Part shown: one piece after another, positions 49,292-63,932 of the stretch | Layout of the letters: every line of letters starts with the position of its first letter | How positions within the stretch are numbered: position 1 is the first letter of the stretch | DNA from: Parasitella parasitica NRRL 2501 | Taxonomy: Eukaryota; Fungi; Mucoromycota | NCBI GenBank assembly: GCA_025201805.1 | Contig: MU619275.1 | Location: 36,700-100,699 of the forward strand | Length of the DNA: 64,000 nt | Reading direction: 5' to 3' | Translations under genes and position numbers: made by a program | The notes under the pieces: generated by a model | Told to the model about the DNA's origin: nothing | What the model saw: only the letters and a program-made list of their open reading frames with translations | Databases searched by the model: none

Positions 49292-52200
49292 ATGACCATG
49301 AAAAAATCCAGGAAATCTCATCAACAGCTACCGATAGCATCCACTACAGATGTCAGCAATTTATCGAATGCGAATACTGAAACAATATCTGCATGTCTTA
49401 ATTCTCGGTACGAGACATTCAAGATGTATACGAATGTCGGATCTCGGTATTTAATTGCTGTAAACCCTTTCAAAGACCTTGCCATCAATGATGATCAAAC
49501 CAGCTTAGAATATGTTGCAGCCTACAAAGATGCTTCTGGCGCAAATCTGTTATTAGATCCACATTTATTCGACCTTGTCAACAAGGTCTATTACCACATG
49601 AGAAGAACTGGTAGTGATCAGAACATTGTTTTAAGGTGAGAAAAGCACATGTACATTATAATGCTTGCTAAAGCAACATCCCTCTTTTCACTTTCTATAT
49701 ATACATACATACACCAACATCAGAGGTGATTCCGGTAGTGGAAAATCCGAAATCCGCAACTTGTCTATCCAACATTTGGTACGACTCAGTAGCCATCGCA
49801 AAGAATCCAAGGTACAAACACAAATTATAGAATCGCAAAATGTATTTGAAGCGTTTGGCGAATGCCAAGCAGACCTCAATGTCTCTGGATCTCGCTTTGG
49901 TTATTATGGAGAAATTCAATTCAATGAAAGAGGACGGATGATCGGTTCAAAGATGCTACATTACTTTCTCGAAAAATCCCGTGTTACAGGCCACTCTGCC
50001 CCGTCAGCAACAGACGGCAATTTCAATGTATTCTACTATTTACTCGCTGGCGTATCCCCGGATGAAAAAACGGCATTGCAACTTAATTTGACAGAACCAT
50101 CTGGTTATGCGTATTTATCAAAATTCAAGAAGCGTACTCTACAATCTGCTCAAGACGCATCGAAATTTGAACAACTGAAATCTGCCCTCAAGGTGTGTGG
50201 GCTGCGTAGAGAGCACGTTGGTAGGATCATTCAGCTGGTAGCCACTATCTTGCATCTCGGTAACCTGGTTTTTATGGATCCTGCTGGCACTGGTACACAG
50301 GAAGCTGCTTTCGTTAAAAACACTGAATTGCTCGAGATTGTCGCTGATTTCTTGGGACTGGACCCGCATGCGCTTGAAAATGTATTGACGTTCAAAACCA
50401 CCATGATTCGCAAAGACTTTACTACCTTGATCCTGAATGCAGAGCAAGCGGCTCGGCAAAGAGACGCTCTCTGCGAGACTCTCTATTCATTGTTGTTTTC
50501 TTGGATTGTTGAGCGGGTTAATAGCAAGACATGTGTAGAAGAATTCAACAGTTTTATTGGTATTTTGGACTTTCCTGGGCTTCAGACTTCTCACAATGTC
50601 GTAGCCGGTTTCGATCAACTCTGTGTCAACTTGGGAAATGAGCGTATCCAACATTACCTTGATCAAACCTTGTTTGAAACAGAAGCAGACTTGTTCCGCG
50701 CAGAAGGCATTCTTGTCCCAGCATCAGCAGTAGCCGTGGACGACTATCAATGTCTCGATCTCTTGAGTCGCCCCAAGGGGGTATGCGATACTATCAACAC
50801 CATGACAGATGTCTCGAAGCGAAACTACACTGACGATAACATTATGGACTCGCTTATCAAATTCAACTCTACCCACGCTGCTTTTTCCGTCAAGAATTCA
50901 GATACCAATGCTAAGCGATTCGTCATCAACCATTACAGTGGCACTGTGCCAGTTCAGTATTCTACACAAGGATTCATTGCTGAAAACAATAGCCAGATCT
51001 CTGTCGACTTTTTGTCCTTGTTCAAGGGTGGTTCAGACGTACAGCCGTCGTGGAACTCTTTTGTTGTTGATCTGTTTGCGAATGTCGAGGTAGAGAATCA
51101 TCCCAAGCACAAGTCGGCTATCATCGCTGCTAGCCAATCTGCTAAACCTACTCGCGCCCCTTCTCAACGCCGATCTACACGCAGAAAGGGCGGCAACACA
51201 GAAAAGACTGGCGATTTATCGAAATCAGCCTCTTTGACAGTGCTGCAGCAGATTTCTTCTGCTATGGATGAGCTTGTTCAGTCGTTTGAGGAAGTTAAGC
51301 TCTGGTCTGTATTCTGTATCCGTCCGAAACAGCCCTCTGACAGTTCTTCATTTTCCAACAAACCTACGTTTGACAGCAAATACGTGGAATTGCAGCTGGA
51401 GCAGTTCAAAATGCCATCCATCCTCCGCCTCCCCACTGTGCAGTACATTGAATCGTTCAAGCACCAAGAGTTTTTGGACCGCTATGCTCATCTGTTTACT
51501 GGCCTCGATGCGTCCCATCTGCTCCGCTCACAGTGTGAGGCTGCTGCAGACATCATGAACTGGGATGCAAGCGACATATCTGTAACACAGAATAAGGTAC
51601 AAATACATATTGCGAACAAAAGTATTATAAAAAAGGAAAATAGGGTTAATTATAGTTTTTGCTGCAGGTATTTTTGACTGCAACTACATGGCGTGAGTTG
51701 GAAGATCAGCTGCGTTCGTACGAAAAGGTGGAGCAGCGTCAAGCCAAGGATGATCAACTGATGATGGATGACAGCAAAGCAAATACAGCAACAAGGGACT
51801 CGGAGAGCCATGTGGCCTCATTGCAGCAAGAACACCCTTTTGCTGCTACTGCTGCTGCCGCTGGGTTGCCCTTACCGTCGCAGCAGTATGCACACCACGA
51901 CGACCAGGCATCTTACTACTCGGAGGACGAATCAGGCCACTATGTCGAAAACGATGGCTCCTATTATGGCTCGGGTTCCCATGGATACTCCTCCTCCACC
52001 AAAGGCAGCGATCAAAAAAATGGGCTGGGTATCCCTCAAGAGCCTATTGTCGAGAATCTCGATGAATCAGAAGAAGATGAAACAAAGATGACTGCAAGTC
52101 GCAAACGCTGGCTGTTTTTCGTCTATTTTGCCACATGGTGGATCCCGTCCAAGTTTATGGTATGGTGTGGCCGCATGAAACGTAAGGACGTCCGTGTCGC

Positions 52201-55200
52201 TTGGCGTGAAAAATTGACACTCTGCATGCTCATCTTCTTGATGTGTGCCTTTGTTATCTGGTTCCTGGTCTTTTTTGGCGAAATTGTGTGCCCCAAGCAA
52301 CATGTATTCTCTACCTCTGAATTACAAAGCCATGGTATTGACGATGAAACTGCCTACGTAGCAATCCGCGGCGAAGTGTTTGACTTGACCAACTTTGCTC
52401 CCCATCATTACCCTGCCAACCTGGTACCTACCTCGTCTGTCATGCAGTATGCTGGTACGGATGCCACCAACCTCTTCCCTGTGCAGGTCTCTGCCTTGTG
52501 CGAAGGTGTAGATGGCACCCCCATCTCTCCTTACGTCTCTTTTGACTACAACATCAACCTCACCGATACAAACGGCCAATACCACGACTTTAGATATTCC
52601 TCTGACAACTACAACCCAAACTGGTACTACGACCAAATGACTTTGCTGAGGAAGAACTACAAAGTGGGCCATATGGGGTTCGAGTATAAGGCTATTTCGG
52701 ACCAAGCAAAGAGCCCTACCATGCTGAATGGCATCAATACTCTGCGCACTTGGGCCGTCATTGATCAGCACATCTATGATTTGACAACCTACATGATGGG
52801 CGGCCGCTATTCCCGTGGTCCTCCTGGTGAAGCAGCTCCTGCGGTGGATACCAACTTTATGTCTCAAGCAGTCGTTGACCTGTTCCAACAAAAAGCTGGC
52901 TCAGACATTACAAACGACTTTCACAGCTTGCCTCTAGATGCGGCATCCCGTCAGCGCCAGTTGGTCTGTCTGCGTAATTTGTTCTTTGTGGGCTACGTGG
53001 ATACTAGAAACTCGCCCAAATGTCAATTCTCCACCTATCTCTTGCTGATTGTTACCTGCCTTATGGCTGCTGTCATCGTGTTCAAGTTTGTTGCTGCTAT
53101 TCGATTCGGTGGTAAACGCGCCCCTGAGGAACACGACAAGTTTGTGATCTGCCAAGTTACGTGTTACACTGAAGATGAAGAATCGCTCAGAAAGACCATC
53201 GATTCCTTGTCTACGCTGCATTACGACGATAAACGCAAACTGTTGTTTATCATCTGCGATGGTATGATTGTCGGTAGTGGTAACGACCTGCCCACTCCAC
53301 GTATTGTGTTGAACATCTTGGGTGTTGATCCTCAAGTGGATCCCGAGGCTTTGTCGTTTGTCTCTGTTGGCGATGGCAGCAAGCAGCACAACATGGGCAA
53401 GATTTATTCTGGCCTGTACGAGTGCAAGGGACATGTCGTGCCGTACATTGTAGTTGCCAAAGTAGGGAACCCTCGCGAGCGTCAAAAGCCTGGCAACCGT
53501 GGCAAGCGCGACTCCCAGCTAGTGCTTATGCAATTCTTGAATCGCGTTCATTACGATGCTCCCATGAATCCCTTTCAGCTTGAAATATACCACCAAATGA
53601 AAAACGTCATTGGTGTAAGCCCTCATTTCTACGAATTTGTCTTGATGGTGGATGCTGACACTGAGGTCATGCGAGACGGCCTAAACTATCTAGTGTCCAG
53701 CGTGGTGCTCGACTCCAAGATTATAGGCATCTGTGGCGAAACAACCCTGTCAAATGAAAAGGATACTTGGGTCACTATGATTCAGGTCTACGAGTACTTT
53801 ATCTCCCACCATCTCATCAAATCGTTCGAATCCTTGTTCTCAACTGTGAGCTGTCTGCCTGGCTGCTTTACCATGTACCGTGTCCGTACTGTAGACGGCA
53901 AACGTGCTCTTTTCTGCAGTAATGAGATCATCGCTGATTACTCTATCAACGTTGTCGACACATTGCACAAGAAGAATCTGCTGCATCTAGGCGAAGATCG
54001 TTACCTGACGACCTTGCTGCTCAAGCATTTTGCAAACTTCAAGACCAAATTCAACCCTGACGCTCATTGCAAGACAAACGCGCCTGATATGTGGAGCGTT
54101 CTGGTTTCTCAGCGTCGTCGATGGATCAATTCTACCGTTCATAACTTGGGTGAGCTAGTGTTCTTGCCGCGTCTCTGCGGTTTCTGCTGCTTCTCCATGC
54201 GTTTTATTGTCATGCTGGATTTGATCAGTACTCTTGTCATGCCTGCTATTATGGGCTACCTTGGCTATTTGATTTACACCTTGGCTACCTCAGATGGCAC
54301 TATCCCCATCATTACTATAGCAACCATTGCGGGCACCTACGGTCTTCAAGCGCTGCTCTTTATTGTCAAAGGTCGCTGGGAATTTATCATATGGATGATT
54401 GTATCGATCTTTGCTATCCCTGTATTCTCGTTTTATATTCCAATCTACGCTTACTGGCATTTTGACGATTTCTCGTGGGGCAATACCCGTGTCGTTGTTG
54501 GTGAAAAGGGCAAAAAGTTTGCTGTTGCCGCTGACGAAGGCACTTTTGATCCCACGTCTATTCCTACCATGAAATGGTCTGAATATGAACAGGCGTTGCT
54601 TTCTGAGGATCGTTACAGCGACAATCTGTCTCAAGGCAGCAGTAGCGCATATACTCACAATAGCCGTCGTAGCGCAGGTCGTGTCATGATGAACAATGCC
54701 GCCACTTCCATGTACAATCAAGGCTTCATGATGAATAGTTCTGATAATATGAGCACGCATTCTCCTAGTATGATGCAGCACCCTCAACAACGCATGAGCA
54801 CTAATTTCGACCATCAAAGCGTAGGCATGCCCTCATCCGCCTCTATGCCGCTGATGCCATACTCCAACAGCGTCACCATGCTCCCTATGCCCTCGAGCAG
54901 ATCCATGGCTTCCTTTGCACCTGCGCAATCACCCTACCACAACCAACCAGGCCAATACATTCCATTGCAACAATCGCCGCCGTTCGACAGCAATCAAAGC
55001 AGTAGTCAATCATTGATGATGGACGGATTGACGATGGGCGATAATCCTGGCCCCAAGAATGAGGAAATTCTCTCCCAAGTACAGCGCATTCTAAATGCAG
55101 CAGATCTAAACAAAATAACAAAGAAGCAAGTCCGCGAAGAGCTTCAAATCATCTTTGGTGTTTCGATGGCATCCAGAAAAGATTATATTAATGCTTGTAT

Positions 55201-55228
55201 TGAAGAAACCCTTCAAGCACGTGCCTAA
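49292..55228 (+). CDS. Class V chitin synthase with myosin motor, cytochrome b5-like and DEK-C domains (3 exons)
   Basis: P-loop GDSGSGKS, YFLEKSRV, ILDFPG; CDGMIVGSG, NRGKRDSQ, VDADT, CLPGCF, LGEDRYL, SQRRRW, DDFSWG; C-terminal ADLNKITKKQVREEL. Introns 49636-49723 and 51597-51667. Confidence 0.96.
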
Positions 55229-55540
55229 AGAACAAAAAAAAAATATTAATGTAAAATAGTGTATACTTAATAATACCCCATTAAAGGAATGAACTTTTCT
55301 ACTTTGTCAAAATCATTGATTGAAAATCGTTGTCATCTGCTTTGCAGGCTGTGGTTGTACACTGCGCTTAAAGCCATCTCAAGTCCTTTTCTTTTACGCG
55401 ATGCTTTGATGTGTGTCGTTTGATAACAGCAAGACACCTATTGACCCTACATTCTTAAAAAAAACTCTAACAGTAAATACACGTTACCATGCCTCTATGC
55501 TGAGGGAAGCTCTATCGAGGGGATATAGCCTGGTCTATTT

Positions 55541-56055
55541 ATGGAGTCATATGAAGCTTTTGTGCGCTTTTTATTTGAGATTATCCTAGGATGTACTATA
55601 AACTTCTTGCAAATCGATATATGCTCATTTTACCTTGATCTACTTGATAATATTTGGATAGACTTTTTGTGTAAAGTAGAATTCTCTATCAATATTCAAG
55701 AATTTCACACGGAACTCTTAGATAAGTATGTTAACCAAGATATAGAGATGGAGAAGAATCTATTCCAACATCTTTACAGTGAGTATTTAATAATGAAATC
55801 TGACTTACTTTGACAGTTTACATCCATTTTTTTTAGAGCATAAATGAAAATCTGATCGTAAAGCACTTGACGTAAAATTACACAAGTTACACGAAGCTGC
55901 CGACCCATTGGATTCCGAGATAATCGATGTATTGATAAACCTGTAAGTACAACATACATAGCCCAATGAAATATTTCTGTATGGAGGTCTAACATGTAAT
56001 ATGTAGTATTAACAAGTTATCTGGTAATATTCTCATAGATGAAGAGATCAAATGA
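55541..56055 (+). pseudogene. Possible decayed intron-containing gene fragment of unknown family
   Basis: GTGAGT..ACAG and GTAAGT..GTAG intron-like segments join frames such as ALDVKLHKLHEAADPLDSEIIDVLINL|INKLSGN, with in-frame stops. Confidence 0.3.
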
Positions 56056-56367
56056 TCCCCAAAAGAAACTGGTGTATAGATAGTAGGTGCAAACGCTGTC
56101 ATCGTGCCAAAAAATAAATACGCCAACTGAGTCTTCGGGCAACAGATATCCTCAATAGCCAAGATGTTGTTAATAAAATATGATCTTGAAAGCTATTCTT
56201 TTTTTTTTTATATGTAACTTTGGTTGATATGATTGTGCACAATTTTAATCAATATTACTTTTTCCCGCTACACTCAAGTTCATAAATGCATTCATTACCA
56301 TGCGAAATATTTTCTGCCTCTCTCTCTCTCTCTCATTTAGTAACTTTTATACACACGCTAATAATTT

Positions 56368-57866
56368 TCATGCCAACGCATTAAAATTTGATACAGCATA
56401 TTCCGGATGTTTTGACTGGATTTTGCTTATAACCTGATCCAAATCCTGGCAAAGCGATTGAATGGCAGTGTCCCATTTCATAATCTCGAGCATGCTTTGC
56501 TCTACACGCAGATTGGTTTGAAATGTACCATTTGCAGCCGCAGCCGCAGCACTGATGGCATTGTAATCTGGCAACTGTTCTTCACGGGCAGCGCCGCCTG
56601 ATTCAAATGAAATCAATTGATCCAGCTGATCAATACTGCCCACCATTCTGTTCTCGCTAATCATGCGTGACGCTACCTGTTCAGCTTGCTCGGCAGAGAC
56701 GTTAAGTAACACTGCCAGCTCGTTCACTGCAATGTTGTTGTAAATTTTGGATGCTGATAATAAGTTGTGCTCGATCATGGCACGATCAAAGACGGTGGTA
56801 TTGTCTGCCAAGCGTGCTAAATGATGCGGCTTAAGCGATGCTGCAAATTCAGACACTTCGTTGGGTCGGATGACACGCTCTAAATAGGTCTTTTCCAATA
56901 TCGAAAATGATGGCAGGTGGTGTGTTCGTTCGTCCTTGTACAAAGTTGCTAAACTGCGAGAACGCTGAGGCCCTGCTCCAGCTAAAACTGCACATTGGAC
57001 AGCTGCAGTCCTATGGGTACATTGCATAAGAATATTGTTTCAGCCATAAGGTGCTTTGTGTGTATACTTTACAGACATAGAATTCTTTCGTCTTTGTCGA
57101 CCTGACTTTCGTAGCTCAGCTCGTGGTATTTGGAGCATGCTTCCAAAAATCTGCGTTTGGCGTCCAAAATACGAGCTTGGGATAGTTTGAATGTCAAGTT
57201 CAACAACAGGTCGGTGGAATTGGGGATCAACAGGGCAGCACGATTGAGGTAAAATTCAGCTTGCACGGCCTCATCCTCCTCGAGCAGAAGTCTAACAATG
57301 CGAATGTAAACTTGAAGTTTGTAGTCGTCTGAAATAGCACTGCGGGCTGTTTAATACGTTTGTGTCCAGTCTATCGTAAAGCAGCGTAACTTACCGGTGG
57401 CCAGAATCCAGCGGAATGCCTTGCAATGTTTTGGCGGCTTCCAAGAAATCGTCCTCATCTTCATACACACTGGCAAGCTTCTCTCTCAATTGAGACAGCT
57501 GTGTTTGTGTGTGATTGTGTGTGGTTTAGACAAATGCGTATATTTTACCGCCTTATATGCAACACTTACAGATTCTTCAAAGCTAACAGCACGGGGTTGA
57601 GCACGTCCGATAGCAAACAGCAATAGCTGCTTTTGTGTCGCACGGCTAGTGATTTTGTCTTCAAATAAACCGATGAATTCAGCCAAAAGCTGTCTGGCGA
57701 TGACCAGGCCCACTTGCTCGTCCAACACTGCCTCGATGTAACTCTGAAGCTGCTCCATTTGGTTGTTGTGCGAGAGAATGTCGTTCAGGATGCCTCTAAA
57801 AGCGTCCAGCTTCTCTTTTTGCTGAGGGAGGGTGATGCAATCCTGAAGCTTTGTCTGGATATTCAT
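56368..57866 (-). CDS. CSN4: COP9 signalosome subunit 4, multi-exon
   Basis: QPRAVSFEE, IPLDSGHR, LSQARILDAKRRFLEA, CAVLAGAGPQRSRSLATLYKDER, PCI domain DRAMIEHNLLSASKIYNNI. Confidence 0.95.
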
Positions 57867-58591
57867 AATACTTGGTTTTGCTTGAAAGAAAAAAGGCCAA
57901 ATAGTGGAGTTTCATTGTCACCCACCCGCTACTACTGCTAGTTTGAATGTAGAACGCGGCGCGAGTTTTGTACTGCATAGTCTATCGTAATGTTTTTTTT
58001 TTTCGCATAGGGAGACTACCGTATACCAAGCTGTCCAGTCATCATGGCTGTAGCCAAGCAATCGCCGGTCGGTAGTCGTTATTTTCCGGCCAACCTGCAT
58101 TTTGCTCTGCTAATCATCTCATCCTCTGTTTCAGAGTTAGAGAGAGAGAGAGAGAGAGCGTGTGTGGCAAAAATGTGCTTGTTGAAAACCTTGAGATTGA
58201 TCTTGTGTCTACGCAGACTCCCCCCCCCTCTCTCCCCCAAATTTCATATAGTTGTTTGATAGTTGCTCGATAATAGAAGGAGCATTGGAGTCAACCAAGT
58301 GGCGGCAGAGTATGCACCTTTTCATTTGTAGATTTGCGAATATCCCTGTTGACTGTGATTCTAAAGAAAACGACATCTTTCGTAGCCGCTTTTTGACAAC
58401 TGGCTTCTTTGGGGCAAAGCACAAGTCAGATATGCCGGATGCTCAAAGCAATCTTCCTGGTAATTAGGATGTAAGTGCTACCTGTGCTCGACATTTGTAT
58501 TGCCTATTCTGGATTCCAGCTGAATTAAAAGCAGCCATCCGCATTTTTTTTTTTGTTTTTTTTGTCTCTCTTTTTATTTACACTACACAAT

Positions 58592-61500
58592 ATGTCTGGC
58601 AACACAGCAAGGCAACCAACAAACCACTGGCTGAGCAACATACTGCGTTCACGCGCATCCTCAGTCTCTGTAGAATCATGTCTCAACTTGTCTGCCAAAG
58701 ACCCTTCGCAACCATTGGATGCTCGACCTGTTTTACCGCTGCTCGAGCCATCGCAGCCGCTAACATCCCGTTGCAAACACCTTGCCGTCTTTTCCGACAT
58801 TTGCAAAAGCTACCGCTTCACCCATCTGGAGAACGTTTTCTTCACAGTCCAGGATATCCTAGATGCAAGCATGCCTCGTGAAGCACGTCATGGCGTATTC
58901 GAGTTCATGCTGGCATGTATAGAAGGTCAGTACACAGACTTGGGTATGGCCCGTGTGACCTTTTACGCTTCTCTGCGCAACTACATCTACTGGGAAGACT
59001 TTAGCGACATGTACAGAGTTCTTTTCAAACTATGCAAAGAGGGGAGAGACATTTCTGGCTTCGAAAAGAACGTCGCAAAGCTGCTGATTTACTGGATTGA
59101 TACGGCTCTACAACAATCGAACACATCGAAAGCGGCTGTGCCTCATTTGAACGATCTGTTGCATCTGCTTACTTCCATCGCCAAGTTCAACTTTGCTCTG
59201 TTTGAAGAGGATGAAGTGACGCAGATGATTTCGGCCACGCATAAAGCCTTCTTCGCGACACTCGATTTAGGCGACTTGGTAGCATGTCTTGATTTCGCTG
59301 ATATTGTAGTGCGGTACAGATTTGTTCCGTTTGAAGCACTGCCGCTGTTTTTAGAGATGCTGTCTGCGTCTGTCATGCTACTGCCTGAGGAGCAACAGAA
59401 CACCAAATCTTGGCCTATATTCTACAACTTGCTTCGATCACATTGCGCTCATTCAGCTATTTTGACACTGTGCCGATTCTTGGATAAAGAGCCCAGCAAA
59501 GTGGATGCCGAGAACATCCTTATCAAGGGGGCCATTACACTGCTGAGCGAGACGGCATGGGGGAAGAGCGAAACAGGGTCAGAGGTGTACATGGTTCCTG
59601 ACTCTGTGATATTGATGTACATGAAAAGAGCCGCCAACAGAGAGAACGATGGCATCAACGGCACAATTCTGCAGTGCCTGACTGGATTGGTTAATTCGAC
59701 AGAAATCACACCGAGTTTGATGGAATGGGAAGCACTTTGGGATATTGTCGACGTTATCACTGCGCACATACTCAGGATTACGGACAACAACAGTAACAGC
59801 GACATCAAATTGTTCAGTGTTGCAGATTCAGCTGCATCCTCCATCATTAGTGTTCGTCACTTTGCTGAATTCAGTCATGTTATTGTTCAGCTGTACCAAG
59901 ATAAGCGGTACAAGGGGCCCATCATTCGTTTCATGCAAGTGCTTTATCAGCTGCGTGCCTACTGTTGCGACAATACGGGATCCATCTTGCTGGATTACTA
60001 CGTGACGGAGCACTCATTCTTGCCATCCACTGAAAATTGGCTGCAGCTTTTGCAGCAACTGACCAACACATTTTTCATCCACGCCAATCCAGCAACAACG
60101 ACATCCGCGCTCCGAGTGACTATGCTGGACATTGTAGCAGACGTGTGTACATCTGTCAAAGACTTTTATTCGGAAGTCTTGTACGAAACCATCGTGATTC
60201 CCATGATGCAGAAATTGCCTTTAGAAACAGACACAAGCATCCGACAACATGCTATCGATTTACTGGTGTCGTCTTTATCTGATTGCCAGAATGATACTAT
60301 ATTTGACAAATTGATGCCCATACTGAAGGACTGTGCGCAATGCCATTGTGTCAGTCCAGAGGATCAGCAGCAACAACAACATCATCATCACCACCAACAC
60401 CACCACCTCAACCTCAACCACAACCATCATACTGCCAACAGCAAGCTCTCATCTGTGCGCAGAGCTCATTCACCGCATTCACCACAAACTTACCGCCAAT
60501 CTTCAACCTCTACAGTCACAGCCACAGCCACGGTGACATCGTCTTCATCGTCTTCAATTGCAACTATTACAGCTGCTTCGGTTGCACAAAAGCAGCCTTC
60601 AACAACTAGCAGCTCGTTCATTTCCAATACAACCATAGATGAATTCTTTAGCGGCGGATCATGTATGGGCGTCCCTGCCATGTGCGGTATTTCAGAGTTA
60701 TTTGAGAACCTACTATTTGTTTCCAATGCTAAACTCTGCTCTAAAACATTCAATATTATAACCGAGATTGTGAACGACCATTCTGATTTATCCTGTCCCT
60801 ATGGCGGCCCCAAGATTGTAGCACTGGATCTCTTGCTAAGGTTCAGATGCCCAACAAACCACCACGTATACCTTATCGAAGATAGTAAGTTGATTTTGGT
60901 CGATTCGCATGTATTCACGTCTAAATATACTCGTAGATGTCGAGGAAGAAAATAGCGTCATTGCTGCTATTCGTGTACAACAGCAGCGGAAGAGACAGGA
61001 AAGTGAAAAGAGGAAATCCAGCCAAACGTTCCTGCCAGCACCTATTGGTAGAAAATCACAGCAACAGCAGCAGCAGCAGCAGCAGCAGCAACCTCACAAA
61101 AAGGTGGTATTCTATCCAAGCCCTAACGTCTTTTCATACAATGAAAATCCTCAATCTGACACAGAAGCAGTATTGGATATCAATGAAATGCTTAAATCCT
61201 ACGTTCGCGTGCTGTCGAATTCGCCAAACTGGGTGGTAGCTCTTTTTGTCCTTAAGCGTCTACCTCAGCAGCTCAGCAACAAGCATCTTTTCTGTGGGGC
61301 AGCACCCTATCTCAACAAACTGCGTCGGCGACTTGTGAAATGGACCAGCACCCGCAAGTTTTTAGAACAAGTAACCAACCTACCGCCGCACATCAAGCGC
61401 AACGAGCTGAATGTGCACGCCTATAGTCTACTGACCATCCTAATATCCTATCGTCGCATTTTCACCGAGCCCAAACAGGACCAGGATGAGATTGTCTATG

Positions 61501-63932
61501 CATTTTATGTGGGCATCATGCAGGTAACAAGCGCTACAAGGCTGTGCATCAACTCGCTAGCCGTCTGCTGTCATGAAATGCCGCTGTCTGTGGCCAAAAT
61601 GCTGAACGAAATCCTGCAGCGCATGTCTCAGATCATTTCTGTCAGCAGCGTCTCTGTACACATCTTGGAGTTCTTGTCTGCGTTGGCTCGTCTACCCAAC
61701 CTGTATGCTAATTTCACAGGCGATATGTACAAACCAGTTTTCGCAATAGCATTGAACTACTTGCAGCATTCCCACTCTCAGCAGCAGCAGCAGCAGCAGG
61801 TTTCTCCTATCAGCACACCTTCTGCTTCACCTATGATTTCTGGCCAGGGATCGGCCCAGAAGGAAGTGAGCCAAGGCGCTCTAAAGCAGTACGTCTTGAT
61901 TATGGCTTATCTAGTCATTACCGTGTGGTTCACTGCCATCCCACTACGAGAAAGACGCAAACACGTACCTTTTATCATACAGCGTTTGCTAAGCGGTATC
62001 TCCAAGGGCAAATCTATCGATGAACAAACGTACACCTGCATAGATATGCTCTCAAGATTCACCTTTGCCAATATCAGTCTTGCGCCTCAAAAATCAATTG
62101 TTGCAAAGATACTGATGGGCGATGATGAAGCTGTGTCTGCAACTTCCGTCAAGCAGAGCCAACGCACATGGGTCTATGGTCATACACTCCTCACTCTGAA
62201 GACTGCCAAATCCCTAGGCTGGGTAGAGGTAACTATCCGCAGACCCTCAGGCACCGTGTCCATGATGTGCTATCTCGAAAACAAGCTCAGATCAGAGGAT
62301 ATTGATTATCGTACTCTGCCAGCTCTATTAATGATGCAATATCAGCCGGATTTGATGGCATCCAAGATCCTTAAGGATCGCAAAGAAGAGGAAGAAACGG
62401 AGCAAGCATCTGTCAAAGCGGAAGTGCACGAGGACACTGAATATTTGCACCAGGAAGAAGGGTTAGGTATCACATTTGATAATGACACTGGTAGGCAATT
62501 TCCTATGGGTACACCTACTCGCAGACTCTCGGACCAAGCGGTTGTGAACACCACAGTAGCGACAAGATCTGAGGGATTGGTGATGACGCCCTCGGGTCCG
62601 TCAGAGCAGACTTCTACTTCTCCGCCGCCTCCAGCGACGGCAGTAGGGCCGGATGCTGTATCACCTGTGCCTCTGGCTCGCAGGCCCTCGTTATCTCAGA
62701 AGGGACTCATTGACCTTTTGAATAAGGACTCAGAGTCAACTATTGAGACCGTCAACATAAAGAGCCCGTCCATCGGCACAGAGCCTGCTTTTAGAGAAGA
62801 AAAGGAAGCAGCCGACAGAAGAGCTATTGATTCGGCAGTTCGTGAAGTATTGTCGGACCCTAAACCCAGTGGTGAATCTATAGCTACCAATCCAGTAACA
62901 CAGTTACGCAAGACGGAGCCCTCGATTGACCCCGGATTTCTGTACTTGCAGTTCAATAATTATCCAGATATCAGCCGAACTCTTGAGGTATCACCGCCTC
63001 TGCCAGATGACGAGGCGACGGCACGAACTCTGGCTACTTTTGATCGCATACCTGTGGTTGACTTTCATAAAATTGGCGTTTTGTATGTGGGCAAAGGACA
63101 GACACACGAACTGGAGATTTTGGCAAACACATACGGCTCTCCTGATTATGTTCGTTTCCTGAACGCACTAGGCACGATTCAGCGCTTGAATGGACTGGCA
63201 GGCAACACGGGCGGCCTTGATCGTGAAATGGACATCGATGGTCGTTTCGCTTACTTTTGGAAAGACGATGTGACAGAAGCTGTATTCCATGCAGCAACAT
63301 TGATGCCTACCGACCTGGAAAGAGATCCTCAGTGCAGCGCCAAAAAGCGGCATATTGGCAATGACTATGTCTCGATTGTATACAACGACTCTGGCATGGA
63401 CTACGCATTCGACACTCTCCCCTCACAGTTCAACTTTATCAATATTGTGGTCTCGCCACACTCTATTTCGACAGAAGCTGTGTCGCCCACACATGCTTTG
63501 ATCGGTGCAGAGAATTCGTTCTTCAAAGTGGAAATGCAGAGACGTCCTGATATGCCAGACATTGGGCCTTTTAGTGAGCCCAAACTAGTCAGCAGCCAGT
63601 CTCTTCCTGGATTTGTCCGTCAATCTGCCATTCACGCTAATATTTTCGCCCAAGTCTTTTGGCAGAGTGCAAGTGCTGGTGGAAAACAAGAGTATGTGTC
63701 TCATTGGAGAGAAAGATTAAAGCAAATTCAGCGTGTCAAGGAGAGACTAGCAGGTAAAACAGCCGCCGCCGCTGCTGCTGCTGCTGCTACTAGTGCTACT
63801 AGTGCTACTTCCTCCAATACTCCTGTCACCGCATCATCATCAGCTACCCCCAATTTAGATCATAACACAGGTAAAACAAACAAAGACGGCTCCTCTTATG
63901 AAGCATTACTCGATTTCACAAAATACACATAA
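58592..63932 (+). CDS. TSC2: Tuberin (Rheb GAP), 2 exons
   Basis: LPQQLSNKHLF, CCHEMPLSV, VHILEFLSALARLP, IRRPSGT, Rap/Ran-GAP domain DFHKIGVLYVGKGQ...KKRHIGNDYVSIVYN. Confidence 0.95.

Noticed and set aside
49127-49324. Poly-Lys ORF on the minus strand
   Set aside because: Translation of the poly-T tract; not a gene.
52322-54817. Long antisense ORFs (175-189 aa) within the chitin synthase
   Set aside because: Shadows of codon bias on the coding strand; no motifs.
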